Assembly (NCBI GenBank): GCA_938040985.1
Contig: CALHZD010000095.1
Coordinates: 447-64,446, forward strand
Length of the DNA stretch: 64,000 nucleotides
Origin: an uncultured Propionivibrio sp.
Lineage (GTDB): Bacteria; Pseudomonadota; Gammaproteobacteria; Burkholderiales; Rhodocyclaceae
Reading direction: 5' to 3'
The notes beneath the pieces are model-generated. The model saw nothing but the letters and a program-made list of their open reading frames with translations, ran no database searches and had not been told where the DNA came from. The position numbers and the translations under genes are program-made. Positions 27,401 through 38,040 of this stretch are shown here, in pieces; positions within the stretch are counted from its first letter, which is position 1, and the number at the start of each line of letters is the position of its first letter.

Positions 27401-27443
27401 GCGGGTCGCCTCTGCCTCATCGCGCGCATTGCCGTCCTCCGGA

Positions 27444-29606
27444 TTACTTGACCTTCATGCCGGCCTGTGCGCCTGCATCAGGCGACAGCAGGAAGATTCC
27501 CGGCGTTTTGCCGTCCGCGTCGGAGGCAGCGAGGATCATCCCTTCGGACAAGCCAAACTTCATTTTGCGTGGCGCCAGATTGGCGACCATGACCGTATGG
27601 CGGCCGATCAGTGCGGCCGGGTCGTAAGCGGACTTGATGCCGGCGAATACCTGCCGGGGCCTGTCTTCACCAATATCGAGCAAGAGACGGAGCAGCTTTT
27701 CCGCCCCTTCGACATGGCCGGCATCGACAATACGCGCCACGCGCAGGTCAACCTTCATGAAATCGTCGATGCTGATTGTTCCCTTGCCCGCGTTGTCTGC
27801 CGGTCCGGTTTTTCGGGAAGAAGACCCCTCTGGCGCGGCGGAGGCAGGGCGTGCGGCGGACTTGCCGGAGCGCTGCCCGTCGGCGTCGTTGTGCGTTTTT
27901 GCTTTCGCTCCGGCATCTGCCGGAGCGGCGTTCAGCGAGGCCTTGTTGGCTTCGATCAGGGCGGTAATCTGTTTCGGGTCGATGCGTGTCATCAGATGGC
28001 TGTAGGTGCCGATGACGTGACCGGCCGGCAACGGCGTCTGTGCGTCGTCCCAGGCAAGCGGGGGCACGCCGAGAAAAGCCTCGACCGCTTCGGCGACTTT
28101 GGGCAGGACGGGCTTGAGGTATACGGTCAGCAGGCGGAACGCCTCGATGGCCTGCGAACAGGCGGCATGCAAAGCTTCCTGCTGTCCTTCCTGTTTGGCG
28201 AGTTCCCAGGGTTTCCGGTCGTTGACGAAGACATTGGCGGTATCGGCCAGGGCCATGACTTCACGCAGGGCGCGCCCGAATTCGCGCGCTTCGTAGGCGG
28301 CAGCAATGTTGCTGGCGGCATCGCGCAAAGGTTGCAGCCACGCCGCGTCGGTCGCAGCCAGACGGCCGCCGAAGCGCTTGCCGATGAAGCCGGCGCAGCG
28401 GCTGGCGATATTGACATATTTGCCGATCAGGTCGGCATTGACGCGGGCCACAAAATCTTCGAGGTTAAGGTCGATGTCTTCCATTGTCGCGTTGAGCTTG
28501 GCGGCGTAGTAATAGCGCAGCCATTCGGGGTTCAGTCCCTGCTTCAAATAGCTTTCGGCGGTGATGAACGTGCCGCGCGACTTGCTCATCTTGGCGCCGT
28601 CGACGGTCAGAAAGCCGTGCGCGAAGACGCCGCTCGGTGTACGGAAGCCGGCGTGCGCCAGCTGGGCCGGCCAGAATAGTGCGTGGAAATAGAGGATGTC
28701 CTTGCCGATAAAGTGATACAGCTCGGTTTGCGTATCTGCTTGCCAGTAGTCGTTGAAGTCGATGCCGTTTTTTTCGCACAGGTTTTTGAACGACCCCATG
28801 TAGCCGATTGGGGCGTCGAGCCAGACATAAAAGTATTTGCCGGGCGCCTCGGGGATTTCAAAGCCGAAGTACGGCGCATCGCGCGAAATGTCCCAGTCAC
28901 TGAGCCGGTTTTCGCCTTCTGCGCCCAGCCATTCCTGCATCTTGTTGGCGGCTTCCGGTTGCAAATGGCCGCTTTCGTGCGTCCAGCGGCGCAGGAAATC
29001 CTGGCAGCGCGGGTCGGAAAGCTGGAAGAAATAATGCTCGGACTGGCGCAGCTCCGGCGTGGCGCCGGAAACAGCCGAGTAGGGGTTTTTCAGTTCATTC
29101 GGCGTGTAGGCAGCGCCGCACGACTCGCAGTTGTCGCCATATTGGTCGGGGGTGCCGCATTTCGGGCATTCGCCTTTAATGAAGCGGTCGGGCAGAAACA
29201 TCTGCCGGGTCGGGTCGTAATACTGTTCAATCGTGCGCGTTGCGATCAGGCCGTTTTCCCGCAGACGGGCGTAGATCAGGTTGGCGTAGTGGCGGGTTTC
29301 CGGCGAATGCGTCGTGTAGAAATTGTCAAAACCGACGTGGAAGCCGGAAAAATCGCGGAAATGCTCATCATGCACGCGCGCGATCAGCGCCTCCGGCGTG
29401 ATGCCTTCCTGCTCGGCGCGCAGCATGACCGGCGTGCCGTGCGTATCGTCGGCGCAGACGTACCAGCACGCCGCTACCCGGTCTTTCGCCTGCATTTTCT
29501 GGAAGCGCACCCAGATATCGGTCTGGATATATTCGACAAGATGGCCGAGATGGATCGCGCCGTTGGCGTAAGGCAGGGCGGAAGTGACGAGAATTTTGCG
29601 GGACAT
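27444..29606 (-). CDS. metG: Methionine--tRNA ligase MetG (with C-terminal tRNA-binding domain)
   Basis: HIGH-type NGAIHLGH; KMSKS (GAKMSKSRG); zinc knuckle CPKCG...CESCG; C-terminal [10 protein letters not shown]...GIKSAY tRNA-binding domain. Start moved to [13 protein letters not shown]. Confidence 0.97.
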   Translation of the reverse strand: MSRKILVTSALPYANGAIHLGHLVEYIQTDIWVRFQKMQAKDRVAACWYVCADDTHGTPVMLRAEQEGITPEALIARVHDEHFRDFSGFHVGFDNFYTTHSPETRHYANLIYARLRENGLIATRTIEQYYDPTRQMFLPDRFIKGECPKCGTPDQYGDNCESCGAAYTPNELKNPYSAVSGATPELRQSEHYFFQLSDPRCQDFLRRWTHESGHLQPEAANKMQEWLGAEGENRLSDWDISRDAPYFGFEIPEAPGKYFYVWLDAPIGYMGSFKNLCEKNGIDFNDYWQADTQTELYHFIGKDILYFHALFWPAQLAHAGFRTPSGVFAHGFLTVDGAKMSKSRGTFITAESYLKQGLNPEWLRYYYAAKLNATMEDIDLNLEDFVARVNADLIGKYVNIASRCAGFIGKRFGGRLAATDAAWLQPLRDAASNIAAAYEAREFGRALREVMALADTANVFVNDRKPWELAKQEGQQEALHAACSQAIEAFRLLTVYLKPVLPKVAEAVEAFLGVPPLAWDDAQTPLPAGHVIGTYSHLMTRIDPKQITALIEANKASLNAAPADAGAKAKTHNDADGQRSGKSAARPASAAPEGSSSRKTGPADNAGKGTISIDDFMKVDLRVARIVDAGHVEGAEKLLRLLLDIGEDRPRQVFAGIKSAYDPAALIGRHTVMVANLAPRKMKFGLSEGMILAASDADGKTPGIFLLSPDAGAQAGMKVK

Positions 29607-29699
29607 GACGGTATGCAAGGCATTCTTAGGAATTGGCAAGCCGTCATTTTATAGCGAATGGTGGCTGAAACCTACCGTTCCATGCGCCTGTGCCCGATG

Positions 29700-29892
29700 A
29701 AAATCTTTGTAAACAAGGTGTTTCAGGGTGGGGCGCGGAGATGTTCCGGTCACGTGGGTTTCAGTGGGTCATTGGGCCATGATTTTCCATTTTATGTTTT
29801 TTGATGCCCTGAAGCCCTTTATTTACGGCGACTTCCGGGCATTTTATGTTTTCTGGCCTGCTTGCACGGGGTTCCGGCGCACTTTTTTCAGC
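29700..29892 (-). repeat. Composite intergenic repeat element, copy E (stem-loop units 29705..29765, head module 29786..29852 in reverse orientation, T-rich tail)
   Basis: CATTTTATGTTTTTTGATGCCCTGAAGCCCTTTATTTACGGCG...GGGCATTTTATGTTTTCTGGCC is the reverse complement of the head in copies A and C. The tail ...GCGCACTTTTTTC parallels copy B ...GGAGCACTTTTTTTT. Confidence 0.7.
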
Positions 29893-29985
29893 TAGACTGG
29901 TCACAGTCTCCAGGCGTCACGCGCAGCTTTGAATCCGCTTTACCTGCACAGTCACACCGTTAGAAAATATTTCAAGGAACCCGTC

Positions 29986-31077
29986 ATGGCAGTCACTCAG
30001 GAAAACGTACTTGCAGCCTTGCAGCAATGGATTGACCCGAATACGCGGAAAGATTATGTTTCCAATCGGTCGGTCAAAAACCTCCGGATCGACGGCGGCA
30101 GGGTCGCGTTCGACATCGCGCTCGGCTATCCGGCCGGAACGCAGATCGAAACGATTCGTCAGGCATTGGTAGATCTCGTGCAGGCTGTCCCCGGCGTGAC
30201 GGCGGTGGACGCCAATGTCGCCAGCAACATTGTTGCGCACGCCGTTCAGCGCGGCCTGAAGCCGCTGCCGGGGGTCAGGAACATCATCGCCGTGGCTTCC
30301 GGCAAAGGCGGCGTCGGCAAAAGCACGACCGCCGTTAATCTGGCGCTGGCGCTGGCGCAGGAAGGCGCATCGGTGGGGCTGCTCGATGCCGACATTTACG
30401 GGCCGTCGATTCCGCAGATGACCGGCCTCTCCGGCCGGCAGCCGGATTCGCCGGATGGAAAAACCATGACGCCGCTTGTGGCGCACGGCATCCAGACGAT
30501 GTCGATCGGCTTCATGATCGACGTCGATTCGCCGATGGTCTGGCGCGGGCCGATGGTGACGCAGGCGCTCGAACAGTTGCTCAAGCAGACGAGCTGGCAG
30601 GATCTGGACTACCTGATCGTCGATATGCCGCCCGGCACCGGTGACACGCAACTGACCCTGGCGCAGAAGGTGCCGGTAACGGGCGCGGTGATCGTCACGA
30701 CGCCGCAGGACATTGCCCTGATTGATGCGCGCAAGGGGCTGAAAATGTTTGAAAAGGTCGGCATCCCGATTCTGGGACTGGTCGAGAACATGAGTCTGCA
30801 TACCTGCTCGCAATGCGGCCATGAGGAACCGATTTTTGGTGAGGGCGGCGGCGAGCGCATGGCGCGGGATTACGGCACGGAGCTGCTCGGCGCCTTGCCG
30901 CTGGAGCTGTCCATCCGCGAGATGACCGACGCCGGTAGGCCGACCGTGGTTGGCGCGCCCGATTCGCGCGCGGCGGAAATCTATCGTGCCATTGCCCGCC
31001 GCATCGCCGTCAAGATCGCCGAGAAAGCCAAGGATATGAGCGGCAAGTTTCCGAATATCGTCGTCCAGAATACCTGA
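29986..31077 (+). CDS. apbC: Fe-S cluster carrier ATPase ApbC/Mrp
   Basis: N-terminal DUF59-like domain; deviant Walker A ASGKGGVGKSTT; CxxC motif CSQCGH. Confidence 0.93.
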   Translation: MAVTQENVLAALQQWIDPNTRKDYVSNRSVKNLRIDGGRVAFDIALGYPAGTQIETIRQALVDLVQAVPGVTAVDANVASNIVAHAVQRGLKPLPGVRNIIAVASGKGGVGKSTTAVNLALALAQEGASVGLLDADIYGPSIPQMTGLSGRQPDSPDGKTMTPLVAHGIQTMSIGFMIDVDSPMVWRGPMVTQALEQLLKQTSWQDLDYLIVDMPPGTGDTQLTLAQKVPVTGAVIVTTPQDIALIDARKGLKMFEKVGIPILGLVENMSLHTCSQCGHEEPIFGEGGGERMARDYGTELLGALPLELSIREMTDAGRPTVVGAPDSRAAEIYRAIARRIAVKIAEKAKDMSGKFPNIVVQNT

Positions 31078-31240
31078 AGCGCATGCGGCTGAACCGGCGC
31101 TGTAGGCGATGCCGTGGTGCCGGTTTCCGTTTGCTTGCGGGCGGCAAAACCGCTAGTCTTGATCCCCGTGGAATTTCGGCTTGCCGCCGTGGCGGCTGGA
31201 CGGCCGGGAACACGTTTTCAACGACCTCAAGGAGAACGCT

Positions 31241-31756
31241 ATGAAAAAAATGTGGCTATGTCTGCCGATCGTCGCGGCATTGAGCGCCTGCGCAGGCAGC
31301 GGTACGGGCGGCGCGAACGGAATGGCGGGCGCGGAAGCCGTCCTGAAGGCGACGCAGGGGAACAGCGTCGCCGGCAGCGTGGTTTTCCGCCAGGAAGGCA
31401 ATACACTGGTCGTCATGACGCAGGCTTCGGGGCTGACGCCCGGCGCACATGGCTTCCACGTCCATGAATTCGGCGATTGCAGCGCGCCGGATGCCGCCAG
31501 CGCCGGCAATCATTTCAACCCGACGGGCAAACCGCACGGCAAGCCGGGGCAGGCCGACAGTCACGCGGGCGACATGCCCGAACTGGTTGCCGACGCGAAA
31601 GGCAATGTTCGCCAGATGGATCGCCTGGCGGGCGTTTCTGTGAACGATTTCATCGGCAAGAGCGTCATCATCCATGCTGGTCGGGATGATTACAAAACGC
31701 AGCCGACGGGTAATTCCGGCGCGCGCGTCGCCTGCGGGGTGATCGCGGCCAAGTAG
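31241..31756 (+). CDS. sodC: Periplasmic Cu,Zn superoxide dismutase SodC (lipoprotein-type signal)
   Basis: RBS AAGGAG; lipobox LSAC; signatures GFHVHEFGDCS and GNSGARVACGVI. Confidence 0.93.
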   Translation: MKKMWLCLPIVAALSACAGSGTGGANGMAGAEAVLKATQGNSVAGSVVFRQEGNTLVVMTQASGLTPGAHGFHVHEFGDCSAPDAASAGNHFNPTGKPHGKPGQADSHAGDMPELVADAKGNVRQMDRLAGVSVNDFIGKSVIIHAGRDDYKTQPTGNSGARVACGVIAAK

Positions 31757-31967
31757 CGGTCAGCGATCTGCCGCCGGGATCGTCGGGCGGCGGCGCACGC
31801 TTGCCGCCCGATGTTCGCCGCGTCGCAGCCGCGGTCTGTTCCCCGGCTTGCTTTCCTTCTATGCGCGGTTTTATATGGAAAGCAGGTTTCATCGACTATA
31901 GAATACGCGCCTGAGCAGTTTCCGATTCATTCTTCCGCTTTATTTAGTGGGCGCAGCAAGGAAAGCG

Positions 31968-32537
31968 ATGTCCATCAAACCCGACAAATGGATCCGCCGT
32001 ATGGTGGAACAGTACGGCATGATCGAGCCGTTCGAGCCGCATCTGGTGCGTGAACTCAACGGCGACAAAATCGTCTCCTACGGAACGTCAAGCTACGGTT
32101 ACGATATCCGCTGCGCCGATGAATTCCGCGTATTCACCAATATCAATTCGACGATCGTCGATCCCAAGGCCTTCGATCCGCAGTCCTTCATTGAGGTTTC
32201 CGGCAAAGGCTATTGCGTCATTCCGCCCAATTCTTTCGCGCTGGCGCGTACGGTCGAATATTTCCGCATCCCGCGCTCGGTGCTGACGGTCTGTCTCGGT
32301 AAAAGCACGTATGCGCGCTGCGGCATCATCGTCAATGTCACGCCCTTTGAACCGGAATGGGAAGGCTTCGTGACGCTCGAATTTTCCAACACGACGCCCT
32401 TGCCGGCCAAAATCTATGCCGGCGAAGGCTGTGCGCAGGTGCTGTTCTTTGAATCCGACGAGGAATGCGAAACTTCGTACAAGGATCGGGGCGGAAAATA
32501 CCAGGGGCAGATCGGCGTCACCTTGCCGAAAATCTGA
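31968..32537 (+). CDS. dcd: dCTP deaminase
   Basis: [12 protein letters not shown]...SYGYDIRC...[28 protein letters not shown] is typical of Dcd. Confidence 0.93.
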   Translation: MSIKPDKWIRRMVEQYGMIEPFEPHLVRELNGDKIVSYGTSSYGYDIRCADEFRVFTNINSTIVDPKAFDPQSFIEVSGKGYCVIPPNSFALARTVEYFRIPRSVLTVCLGKSTYARCGIIVNVTPFEPEWEGFVTLEFSNTTPLPAKIYAGEGCAQVLFFESDEECETSYKDRGGKYQGQIGVTLPKI

Positions 32538-32634
32538 TTCCGAGGGTTGATCGCGAGCCGCTGTCAGGCTGTTTTTGTGACTATATTTGTCAGACCCGCT
32601 GCGGCGGGTCGTTGCTTTCCGGGAGCCAAATGCC

Positions 32635-34875
32635 ATGCGCTTTAATTTTCCGATCATCATCATCGACGAGGATTTCCGTTCGGAAAATGCCTCCGGACTG
32701 GGCATCCGCGCGCTGGCGGAGGCCATTGGCGCCGAAGGCATGGAAGTGCTCGGCGTGACGAGTTACGGTGACCTGAGCGCCTTTGCCCAGCAGCAAAGCC
32801 GTGCGTCGGCTTTCATTCTGTCAATCGATGACGAGGAGTTCAGCGGCGACGAGGCGCAGACGACTATTGAAGAATTGCGCGCCTTTGTGGTGGGTATCCG
32901 CCGCCGCAACGAAGATATTCCGATTTTCCTTTACGGCGAAACGCGCACCTCATACCACATTCCGAACGACGTGCTGCGCGAGTTGCACGGCTTCATTCAC
33001 ATGTTTGAGGATACACCGGAATTTATTGCCCGCTATGTCGTCCGCGAAGCGCGCGCCTATCTGGGCAGCGTGCCGCCGCCCTTTTTCCGCGCGCTGACGC
33101 ATTACGCAGCGGACGGCTCATATTCCTGGCACTGTCCGGGGCACTCGGGCGGCGTGGCTTTTCTTAAATCGCCGGTCGGACAGATGTTCCACCAGTTTTT
33201 CGGTGAGAATATGCTGCGCGCCGACGTCTGCAACGCCGTCGAAGAGCTGGGGCAGTTGCTCGATCATACTGGGCCGGTCGCCGCTTCTGAGCGCAACGCC
33301 GCACGCATTTTTAATGCAGACCATCTGTTCTTCGTCACTAACGGTACGTCGACCTCGAACAAGATCGTCTGGAATTCTGCGGTTGCTCCCGGCGATATCG
33401 TCATTGTCGACCGCAATTGCCATAAATCCATTCTTCACTCGATTATCATGACCGGCGCCATCCCGGTCTTTCTGATGCCGACGCGCAACCACTTCGGCAT
33501 CATCGGGCCGATTCCCAAGGAAGAGTTCCGTTGGGAAAATATCGAGAAAAAAATTGCCGCCCATCCGTTCGCCAGCGGCGTGACGGCGAAGCCGCGTGTG
33601 CTGACGATCACCCAGAGCACCTATGACGGGATTCTCTATAACGTCGAGGAAATCAAGGAAATGCTCGACGGGCGTATCGATACGCTGCATTTCGACGAAG
33701 CCTGGCTGCCGCACGCGGCATTCCACGATTTCTATGGGGATTATCATGCGATCGGCGCCGACCGTCCGCGCTGCAAGGAATCGATGGTTTTTTCCACGCA
33801 ATCGACCCATAAGCTGCTGGCCGGGCTGTCGCAGGCTTCGCAAATTCTCGTCCAGAACTCGGAAAACCGCGAACTGGATCGCGCCGTTTTCAACGAGGCT
33901 TATTTGATGCACACCTCGACCTCGCCGCAGTATTCGATCATCGCTTCCTGCGATGTGGCGGCGGCGATGATGGAAGCGCCGGCCGGCACGGCGCTGGTGG
34001 AGGAATCCATCGCCGAAGCCCTCGATTTTCGCCGCGCCATGCGCAAGGTGGCCGAGGAATGGGGCGATGACTGGTGGTTCAAGGTCTGGGGGCCGGACGA
34101 TCTGTCCTCCGAGGGAATCGAGGAGCGCGAAGCCTGGATGCTCAAGCCCGGCGAGCGCTGGCATGGTTTTGGCCGGCTGGCTGATGGTTTCAATATGCTC
34201 GATCCGATCAAGGCGACGATCATCACGCCGGGGCTGGATGTGGATGGCGATTTTGCCGAAGGCGCGGGGATTCCGGCCGCCATTGTGACCAAGTATCTGG
34301 CCGAGCACGGCATCATCGTCGAGAAGTGTGGTTTGTATTCCTTCTTCATCATGTTCACCATTGGCATCACCAAAGGGCGCTGGAATACGCTGGTGACGGA
34401 GTTGCAGCAGTTCAAGGACGATTACGACAAAAACCAGCCGCTCTGGAAAGTGCTGCCGGAATTCGTGGCCAAACATCCCGTTTATGAAAACATGGGGCTG
34501 CGCGACCTGTGTCATACCATCCACGGCGTCTATGCGCTCAACGACGTGGCGCGGCTGACCACCGAAATGTATCTTTCGGATATGGTGCCAGCCATGAAGC
34601 CGACTGACGCCTTTGCCAAAATGGCGCACCGCGAGATCGACCGCGTGCCGATCGATGACCTGGAAGGGCGCATTACCAGCATTCTGCTGACGCCCTATCC
34701 GCCGGGGATTCCGCTGCTGATTCCGGGCGAGCGCTTTAACGCGACCATCGTGCGTTATCTGAAATTTGCCCGCTTCTTTAATGAGCAGTTCCCCGGTTTC
34801 GAGACGGATATTCACGGTCTGGTCAAACAGACGGTCAACGGTAAGGCCGAGTATTTCGTTGATTGTGTTCGTTGA
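32635..34875 (+). CDS. Orn/Lys/Arg decarboxylase, large (fold I, wing-domain) type; substrate not assignable from sequence alone
   Basis: N-terminal receiver-like wing domain; PLP-lysine region FSTQSTHKLLAGLSQAS; about 746 aa colinear with the LdcC/CadA/SpeC/AdiA class. Confidence 0.88.
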   Translation: MRFNFPIIIIDEDFRSENASGLGIRALAEAIGAEGMEVLGVTSYGDLSAFAQQQSRASAFILSIDDEEFSGDEAQTTIEELRAFVVGIRRRNEDIPIFLYGETRTSYHIPNDVLRELHGFIHMFEDTPEFIARYVVREARAYLGSVPPPFFRALTHYAADGSYSWHCPGHSGGVAFLKSPVGQMFHQFFGENMLRADVCNAVEELGQLLDHTGPVAASERNAARIFNADHLFFVTNGTSTSNKIVWNSAVAPGDIVIVDRNCHKSILHSIIMTGAIPVFLMPTRNHFGIIGPIPKEEFRWENIEKKIAAHPFASGVTAKPRVLTITQSTYDGILYNVEEIKEMLDGRIDTLHFDEAWLPHAAFHDFYGDYHAIGADRPRCKESMVFSTQSTHKLLAGLSQASQILVQNSENRELDRAVFNEAYLMHTSTSPQYSIIASCDVAAAMMEAPAGTALVEESIAEALDFRRAMRKVAEEWGDDWWFKVWGPDDLSSEGIEEREAWMLKPGERWHGFGRLADGFNMLDPIKATIITPGLDVDGDFAEGAGIPAAIVTKYLAEHGIIVEKCGLYSFFIMFTIGITKGRWNTLVTELQQFKDDYDKNQPLWKVLPEFVAKHPVYENMGLRDLCHTIHGVYALNDVARLTTEMYLSDMVPAMKPTDAFAKMAHREIDRVPIDDLEGRITSILLTPYPPGIPLLIPGERFNATIVRYLKFARFFNEQFPGFETDIHGLVKQTVNGKAEYFVDCVR

Positions 34876-34997
34876 GGTGACAGGCTGATGCGGCAGCTCA
34901 GCGTTGAGCAGGGCGCGGGGCTTTCCAGCCCGGCGGCATGTCTCTGCATCTGACGGCCAGCCTGGTTTTTCCAATCTTGCAAGGGGCACATCCTTAT

Positions 34998-36488
34998 ATG
35001 TCCAGCGTATCCGACACTTCCGAAGCCGTGCATCAGGTACAGCGCCGCCTGAAACTACGGCACCTGTCCATGATTGCCATCGGCGGCTGTATTGGCACGG
35101 GATTGTTCATGGCCAGCGGCGCGGCCATCCACAGCGCCGGTCCGGGTGGCGCCTTGCTGGCCTATGCCGCGGTCGGGCTGATGGTTTATTTTTTCATGAC
35201 ATCACTGGGGGAGATGGCGACGCACATGCCTGTCTCAGGGTCGTTCAGCACGTATACGGCGCGCTACATCGACCCTTCGCTCGGCTTTGCGCTGGGGTGG
35301 AATTTCTGGTTCAGCTGGACGATCACCGTTTCGGTCGACGTTGCCATTGCCGCGGTGGTGATCAGCTACTGGGAGCCGCTGCATGAGTTGATGCCTACCT
35401 GGGGCTGGAGCCTGATGTTCCTGGTCATCATCTTCGCCCTCAATACCGCCTCGGTGCGCGTGTATGGGGAAACGGAGTACTGGATGGCGCTGATCAAGGT
35501 CGTCACCGTCATCCTGTTTTTGACGATTGGCGTGCTGACCATCTTCGGCATCGTGGGCGGGCACTATATCGGCCTGAGCAACTTTACCATGGGCGAAGCG
35601 CCGTTTTTGGGCGGTACGTTGGGCGGTCAGTTCCTGACGACCCTGGGCGTATTTCTGGTGGCGGGCTTTTCGTTTCAGGGCACCGAGCTGATCGGCACGG
35701 CGGCGGGCGAGTCCGAGCACCCGGAGGAAAGCATCCCGCGCGCCATCAAGCAGGTGTTCTGGCGCATCCTCATTTTTTACGTGCTGTCCATCGCAGTCAT
35801 CGGGCTGATCATCCCCTATACCAGCCCGGAACTGCTGGGCGCCGATGTCAACGAAATTTCCAAATCCCCTTTTACGCTGGTGTTTGAGCGGGCGGGGTTG
35901 GCGTTTGCGGCAGCGGTGATGAATACGGTGATTTTGACTTCCATCCTGTCGTCGGGAAATTCGGGCATGTTTTCATCGACCCGCATGCTCTACGCCATGG
36001 GGCGCAACGGCCTGGCCTGGCCCATTCTCGGCGAAGTCAACACGCGCGGCGTGCCCGTGCCCGCCCTGCTGGTAACGGCCACAGTCGCGCTGGCCGTGTA
36101 CCTGCTACAACTGATCAACGACGCTGCTTATCAATATGTGCTAGCCGCCTCGGGGCTGACGGGATTCATCACCTGGGTCGGCATCGCCGCCAGCCATTGG
36201 CGCTTTCGCCGCGCCTGGATGGCACAGGGCAAACCATTATCCGATCTGAAATATCGCGCCAAGTGGTTTCCCGTCGGGCCGTTAATGGCATTGGCGCTCT
36301 GTGTGCTGGTCATCATTGGGCAGGACACGCAACTGGTGTTGCATGGTGATTTTGACTGGGAGCGCCTGGCGATTACCTATATGGGATTGCCGGTGTTTCT
36401 GGGCTTTTATATCTATCACAAGCTCAAGCACCGCACGCGGCTGATCCCCTTGCAGGACGTGGATTTGAGCAAGCGGGAATATGATTGA
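34998..36488 (+). CDS. APC-family amino acid permease (LysP/basic amino acid permease-like)
   Basis: 12-TM permease with N-terminal signature RRLKLRHLSMIAIGGCIGTGLF. Confidence 0.85.
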   Translation: MSSVSDTSEAVHQVQRRLKLRHLSMIAIGGCIGTGLFMASGAAIHSAGPGGALLAYAAVGLMVYFFMTSLGEMATHMPVSGSFSTYTARYIDPSLGFALGWNFWFSWTITVSVDVAIAAVVISYWEPLHELMPTWGWSLMFLVIIFALNTASVRVYGETEYWMALIKVVTVILFLTIGVLTIFGIVGGHYIGLSNFTMGEAPFLGGTLGGQFLTTLGVFLVAGFSFQGTELIGTAAGESEHPEESIPRAIKQVFWRILIFYVLSIAVIGLIIPYTSPELLGADVNEISKSPFTLVFERAGLAFAAAVMNTVILTSILSSGNSGMFSSTRMLYAMGRNGLAWPILGEVNTRGVPVPALLVTATVALAVYLLQLINDAAYQYVLAASGLTGFITWVGIAASHWRFRRAWMAQGKPLSDLKYRAKWFPVGPLMALALCVLVIIGQDTQLVLHGDFDWERLAITYMGLPVFLGFYIYHKLKHRTRLIPLQDVDLSKREYD

Positions 36489-36561
36489 CGCGATGGTGAC
36501 TAACACGGTGGCAATTGACACTGTTGATCGCACGCTACCGTGATGCCGCCGCCGGCTGTAT

Positions 36562-37080
36562 CTACGGTTTACGTTGGTACTCGACAAATGCCAGTGTAAA
36601 TGTCCGCCCGTCGTTTGTGCCTGATGCAGGGGGTATGGTCTGGCGGCTGGTTTTCTGCCATTGCGCCGGATTGAGCGTTGGGAAGAACGTATCACCGACA
36701 AAATCCGCATCAATTTCCGTCAGGTAGAGGCGGTCAGCCAGCGGTAGGGCCTGCCGATACAGTTCGGCACCGCCGATGACGAAAACTTCCGCCGCCCCGG
36801 GCGCAAGGCGCGCAGCCTGCTGCAAGGCATCCTCCAGCGAGGCCGACAATACGGCGCCTGCGGCGTGATACTGAGGGTTGCGGCTGACGACGATATTCAG
36901 TCGGCCGGGGAGCGGACGGAATTTTTCAGGGAGGGATTCCCAGGTTTTGCGCCCCATGATGAGCGGCTTGCCAGAGGTGATTTCGCGGAAATGGCGCATA
37001 TCTTCGGGCAGCTGCCAGAGCAGCTGTCCGTCCTTGCCAATGGCGCGATTGCGGGCGACGGCGGCGATCAGCGAGAGCAT
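36562..37080 (-). CDS. folA: Dihydrofolate reductase
   Basis: MLSLIAAVARNRAIGKDGQLLWQLPEDMRHFREIT.GKPLIMGRKTWESL. It starts 1 nt after the thyA stop. Confidence 0.93.
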   Translation of the reverse strand: MLSLIAAVARNRAIGKDGQLLWQLPEDMRHFREITSGKPLIMGRKTWESLPEKFRPLPGRLNIVVSRNPQYHAAGAVLSASLEDALQQAARLAPGAAEVFVIGGAELYRQALPLADRLYLTEIDADFVGDTFFPTLNPAQWQKTSRQTIPPASGTNDGRTFTLAFVEYQRKP

Positions 37081-37081
37081 G

Positions 37082-37903
37082 TCAGACGGCCACCGGAGCG
37101 GCGATGTGCGGGTGCGGATCGTAGCCCTCGAGCGTGAAATCTTCGAACCGGAACGCAAAAATATCGCTGATTTCCGGATTGAGCCGCATGGTCGGTAACG
37201 GGCGCGGTGTGCGCATAAGCTGGAGGCGCGCCTGTTCGAAATGGTTGCTGTAAAGGTGCGCATCGCCAAAGGTATGTACAAAATCGCCGGGGCGATAGCC
37301 GCATACCTGCGCGATCATCATCGTCAGCAACGCATAGGAAGCGATATTGAACGGTACGCCAAGGAAAATGTCGGCGCTGCGCTGGTAAAGCTGGCAGGAT
37401 AACTTTGGGCGCGGGTCGGTATCCCCGGCGGCGGGCGGCGAGACATAGAGCTGGAAGAGCGCGTGGCAGGGCGGTAGAGCCATCCGTTCCACATCGGCCG
37501 GGTTCCAGGCGGTGACGATGTGCCGCCGTGAATCGGGATTGCGCTTGAGGTCGGCCACAAGCCGGGCAATCTGGTCGATCTCGCCGCCTGCGGGCGTTTG
37601 CCAGTGCCGCCACTGATGGCCGTACACTGGCCCCAGATCCCCGTTCTCATCTGCCCACTCGTCCCAGATGCGGATACCGTGTGCTTTCAGATAGGCAATA
37701 TTGGTGTCGCCGCGCAGGAACCAGAGCAGTTCGTAGATGATTGAGCGCAGATGTAGTTTTTTTGTGGTGAGCAGGGGGAAACCGGCCGCCAGATCGAAGC
37801 GCATCTGCCAGCCGAACACCGAACGGGTGCCCGTGCCGGTACGGTCAGCTTTGTCGACGCCCTGTTCAAGTACATGGCGCATCAGGTCAAGATAAGGTTT
37901 CAT
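37082..37903 (-). CDS. thyA: Thymidylate synthase ThyA
   Basis: DRTGTGT, active-site [12 protein letters not shown], and a C-terminal ...APVAV end typical of ThyA. Confidence 0.96.
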   Translation of the reverse strand: MKPYLDLMRHVLEQGVDKADRTGTGTRSVFGWQMRFDLAAGFPLLTTKKLHLRSIIYELLWFLRGDTNIAYLKAHGIRIWDEWADENGDLGPVYGHQWRHWQTPAGGEIDQIARLVADLKRNPDSRRHIVTAWNPADVERMALPPCHALFQLYVSPPAAGDTDPRPKLSCQLYQRSADIFLGVPFNIASYALLTMMIAQVCGYRPGDFVHTFGDAHLYSNHFEQARLQLMRTPRPLPTMRLNPEISDIFAFRFEDFTLEGYDPHPHIAAPVAV

Positions 37904-38040
37904 AAAAAAGTAGAAAAACAGTCCGGATGATCAACGCCAGGCATTGTAATGGAACGAAAGCCAATCGGCGGATAACGTAGGTACAAATCGCGCCGTACGC
38001 TTGCGGTCTCAGCGCTGGAATAATACTATTGGAATAAATC

